Shown: piece by piece, positions 50,937 through 54,016 of the stretch | Layout of the letters: each line of letters begins with the position of its first letter | How positions within the stretch are numbered: the stretch's first letter is position 1 | NCBI RefSeq assembly: GCF_001194135.2 | Contig: NC_068998.1 | Coordinates: 19,587,912-19,641,927 of the forward strand | Direction: 5' to 3' | Length of the DNA stretch: 54,016 nucleotides | From: Octopus bimaculoides | Lineage: Eukaryota | Position numbers and translations under genes: made by a program | The notes under the pieces: model-generated | Told to the model about the DNA's origin: nothing | Database searches by the model: none | What the model saw: the letters and a program-made list of their open reading frames with translations, nothing else

Positions 50937-51056
50937 TTAGCAGAAGTAACAGAGTGACTCAAGATCCGAGAGTTTCGTCCATTGGCGCTTATCAAACTTG
51001 ATAAGTGCCAATGCACGAAACTCTTGGAACTTTAATCACCCTGTTACTTCTGCTAA
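50937..51056. repeat. 120-bp imperfect palindrome (fold-back element)
   Basis: ttagcagaagtaacag...cttatcaa[ac]ttgataag...ctgttacttctgctaa. A half copy lies at 38531-38590. Confidence 0.9.
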
Positions 51057-51077
51057 ATAATATATATAACAAAAGTA

Positions 51078-51120
<43 letters not shown>

Positions 51121-51194
51121 TCATACACATGCATATACAGAGTGAGAGAATTTGTCTACGTGCGTGCATATGCGTGGGTACCAGCAGCAATTAG

Positions 51195-51320
51195 GGGGTT
51201 GATCTTGCGATGGGCTTGTATCCTGTTCAGCAGAGATTCTTATATTTTGAATCGCTTAAACATTGGAAACTAGGGACATACTCCAGCCTAACAAGCCTTT
51301 AGACTCAAGACAGATGTTAA
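51195..51320 (+). mobile_element. Possible V-domain SINE remnant
   Basis: gggggttgatcttgcgatgggcttgtatcctgttcag resembles the cctgcgatggactggcatccc.tccag motif of V-SINEs (from memory). Confidence 0.35.
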
Positions 51321-52042
51321 CTTATATCTATTTGTCTATCAATGATAGATAGATAGATAGATAGATAGATCAATGATAGATAGATAGATAGGCAGGTAGA
51401 TAGATATACACACACACACTATGTATATATGTGTATATACCTATTATATATATTAGTGAAATAGTGAAAGCGAATCATTGTCAAGTAGACGAAAAGGGGG
51501 AGGTTTTCTAATAAAATAAACAAGACTCCGGCATATTTTCAGCTTTCTTCTATGAATATTCAATATATTTAGATTATATTTTTTAGGCAGGTGACGCAAA
51601 ACAATCATATTATTAATATCGTTTATTATCATTATTAATATAAACTCATACAAACCAAAATGTTTTCCATATACTTTCTTATAATAATAAATAAACAAAA
51701 AAGAGCAATAAATTCATGAAATGTACATGATATGAGGATTTTTCGAAACAATAATAGAGATACTCTTGCGACAAATAAATGCAAGGGAATAGTGAAAAAT
51801 ATGGGGTTACGATAGGGAAATTACTAGAAGAGCTGCAGTATCGGGGAACGTATTATTATTTTCGAAAATGGAACCTTATGTATGTTGATAGTTGAGCCTA
51901 GAAACACGATAATATGCATACCAACTACAATCCGAGCAGTGTATATATTCATATATATATACATACAATGTGTATGTGTGTATACAAATGAAAGCCGCAA
52001 AAGGGTTAAATTAAAAAGAAAGTAAGGTTTATCTTCACTTAC

Positions 52043-52142
52043 CGCCCCATATTCCAAGTTGTAACTGCGATCTATCCAGATTTTCGACATAATCGCCGAG
52101 AAATTTGTTCATTAACTCAACAACAAACGATTCGAACACCAT
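52043..52142 (-). CDS. VPS13: First coding exon of VPS13A/C-type (chorein) bulk lipid-transfer protein
   Basis: The minus strand reads gcaaccATGG (good Kozak context), then [33 protein letters not shown]+G, then GTAAGT at 52042-52037. This matches the chorein-N start of VPS13A/C (MVFESVV..LNRFLGDYV.NLD.SQL.LGIW.G). The exon is 100 nt and ends in phase 1, as I recall for vertebrate VPS13A exon 1. Track ORF 51824..52090 is a different frame of the same exon. Confidence 0.95.
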
Positions 52143-52620
52143 GGTTGCTGGCTGGTTTTCTTCACCTCCACACTTAACAGTCTACTCAGCCAAAGTGTCC
52201 GTCCCTCCTCTTAGGACTTCGCTATATATGTATATATATATTATATTATAAATTTATGTATGCGCTCCTGCTCACTAGTTCGCTTTCTCTTTCTCCCTCC
52301 CCCTCTCTCTATCTTCTCTCTCTCTCCTACTCTGCTAAAACGTGTGAGCTAGACATCATGTACTTACTTATATTACTACATGATGCGGCCGAACTCAAGC
52401 CAGCCAGCTAGACATCTGAAGAAGACAACTACGTGATATTACTAACAAAGGTTTAGACGATGACAGATAATATTAATTATACTACTACTACTAATTATAA
52501 TGATAATGTTATCAGTTTGCCCAGCCAAAAGATATGATGGCGGAGAAGGTGCCGTTTACGCATCCAGTGACGATTATTAATATTTTTATTTCTTGTCCCT
52601 GGGCAAAACACTTCGTGACT
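52143..52620 (-). promoter_or_regulatory. 5' UTR and promoter region of VPS13
   Basis: Lies directly upstream of the ATG, is non-repetitive, retains CpG and contains a GA-rich tract on the minus strand (about 52280-52330). The TSS cannot be located from sequence alone. Confidence 0.5.
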
Positions 52621-53678
52621 TTGTGCTTGTTTATAAAAGATGTAATAAAACTATTATGATTTATATTTTATCTTTTAACATCTGCTAAATACTTGAATTT
52701 TAAAATGTTTTCCTTTTTTTTAGTGATTTTCTTTTTTTTTTTTTTAGAGATTTTCTTTTTTCTTTTTCTTTTTTTCTCACTGCAAATGCTCCGGCTTAGC
52801 AGCGGTTGAACATTATCAGTTTTTGCCAACTAGCGTCAATATCTTGGATCAAGTCAGCCCTCGTTTGTCTTGGAGAGGTGCACATGTATGTGCAAAGGCT
52901 GCCGAGCGAAAAATTCTAACATCCGACAGCATCAGTCTCTTTGATTGTTTACCTGTCATAAGTGTAAAAAAAAAAAAAAAAGGGAAGAACAAAGAAAAGA
53001 AAGCATCGCCAAGCCAACACCCGAAGCAACTACTCAGTTTGTTCTTTTATTTATTTATTTCACAACAGACAGTCATCCAATCTACCTTCCTTTGCAGCTA
53101 TCAACCAGACATCACCTTTAAACCAACGTTACAAACGCTTACTAATCTCTCCACCACCACCACTACTGCTACTTCTTTAATTCTAACTTTAAACGTCACA
53201 ACCCACTCATTGGTATTCTATATCACCCCAAAAGATAGTTACTTTGGCAACAGCTGTTGGCTTTTAGTATTTTTACAAGAAAAAAATTCTAATGTGAACG
53301 TGCACCAATTTTATGCAGCAGACATAACTAGATGCCACACCCCTATTTAATGACAAACCAAAACACTGGTGCAACTCGAACAACGAAGCAATACATTATA
53401 CATATGTCTGATGTTTTTATGTTATTATGCCAGCATAATAACATTTAGCTTGTGGGGCTCAGGAGTTACATTCATGAGATGCTTCATATGACCCATAGTT
53501 AATTTGCAAATAAAACTACAGAACAATGTTTAGGTGTAATTATTCCACTATTTCAGTCTTTCGGCTTCAAATTTACTGTAATTGACTTTTGCATTTCACT
53601 CCTTGCAGCAGATGGTATAAAATATGGACCAGTGATACATAGAGGGTTAAATTTAGTCAACAAATTCTAAGCAAAGAA

Positions 53679-53780
53679 ATGTGGTTAAGAAGCTTGTCTT
53701 GCAACCACATGGTTTTGGTTCAGCCCCACTACATACCTTGTAAATGAATTTATAGACAGAAACTGTGTGGAAGCCTGTTG
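53679..53780 (+). mobile_element. SINE family A head, internally deleted
   Basis: gtggttaagaagcttg..caaccacatggttttggttcagcccca...gaaactgtgtggaagcctgttg. Confidence 0.6.
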
Positions 53781-54016
53781 TCATCATCATCGTTTAACGT
53801 CCGCTTTCCATGCTAGCATGGGTTGGACGATTTGACTGAGGACTGGTGAAACCGGATGGCAACACCAGGCTCCAATCTAATTTGGCAGAGTTTCTACAGC
53901 TGGATGCCCTTCCTAACGCCAACCACTCAGAGAGTGTAGTGGGTGCTTTTACGTGTCACCCGCACGAAAACGGCCACGCTCGAAATGGTGTCTTTTATGT
54001 GCCACCCGCACAGGAG
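53781..54016 (-). mobile_element. Young RTE 3' UTR-type element (runs off the window end)
   Basis: catcatcatcgtttaacgtccgctttccatgctagc..., close to 4552-4800 and CpG-retaining. Confidence 0.8.

Larger units (their letters stand above)
1..52042 (-). other. VPS13: Putative intron 1 of VPS13 (at least 52 kb, 3' end outside the window)
   Basis: Canonical donor at 52042. A manual motif search found no minus-strand exon for D/N-V-x-L...KESAL, LDLP.KV..GHIG or IPWKNLY. About 1.2 kb of N gaps could hide small exons. Confidence 0.65.

Noticed and set aside
51824-52090. Track [19 protein letters not shown]... as the host first exon (phase 0)
   Set aside because: It is an alternative frame of the VPS13 exon. 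The frame from ATG 52142 gives the conserved chorein-N sequence.
52823-53350. 175-aa plus-strand ORF upstream of VPS13
   Set aside because: It starts at TTG, includes poly-A-derived Lys runs and low-complexity Thr runs, and has no recognisable domain.

Overview
This is AT-rich eukaryotic DNA with five N gaps and abundant microsatellites. The repeat content points to a coleoid cephalopod, most likely Octopus (inferred from SINE style and RTE content; not proven). The one host coding element is on the minus strand: the 100-bp first coding exon of a VPS13A/C-type lipid-transfer protein gene (52142-52043, [34 protein letters not shown], then a GTAAGT donor). The ORF track misses it. I found no exon for the next conserved segment (L-K-E-x-A-L...IPWKNLY), so 1-52042 appears to be one intron of at least 52 kb. 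That intron holds three decayed Tc1/mariner lineages (DD34D, irritans-like, DD41D), two ~220-bp piggyBac-like TTAA MITE families, a hAT-like MITE and fold-back elements. It also holds a 5'-truncated RTE LINE with a PHD-like finger after its RT domain, RTE 3' fragments, an integrase-deleted Mag-type Gypsy, a solo LTR with intact core-promoter motifs, and dozens of SINEs. There is no CRISPR, rRNA or intact tRNA, and I cannot support a new multi-gene system. The best leads are element architecture, nesting patterns, dsRNA-forming structures and candidate cassette exons. Most repeat boundaries are approximate (about 10-20 bp).
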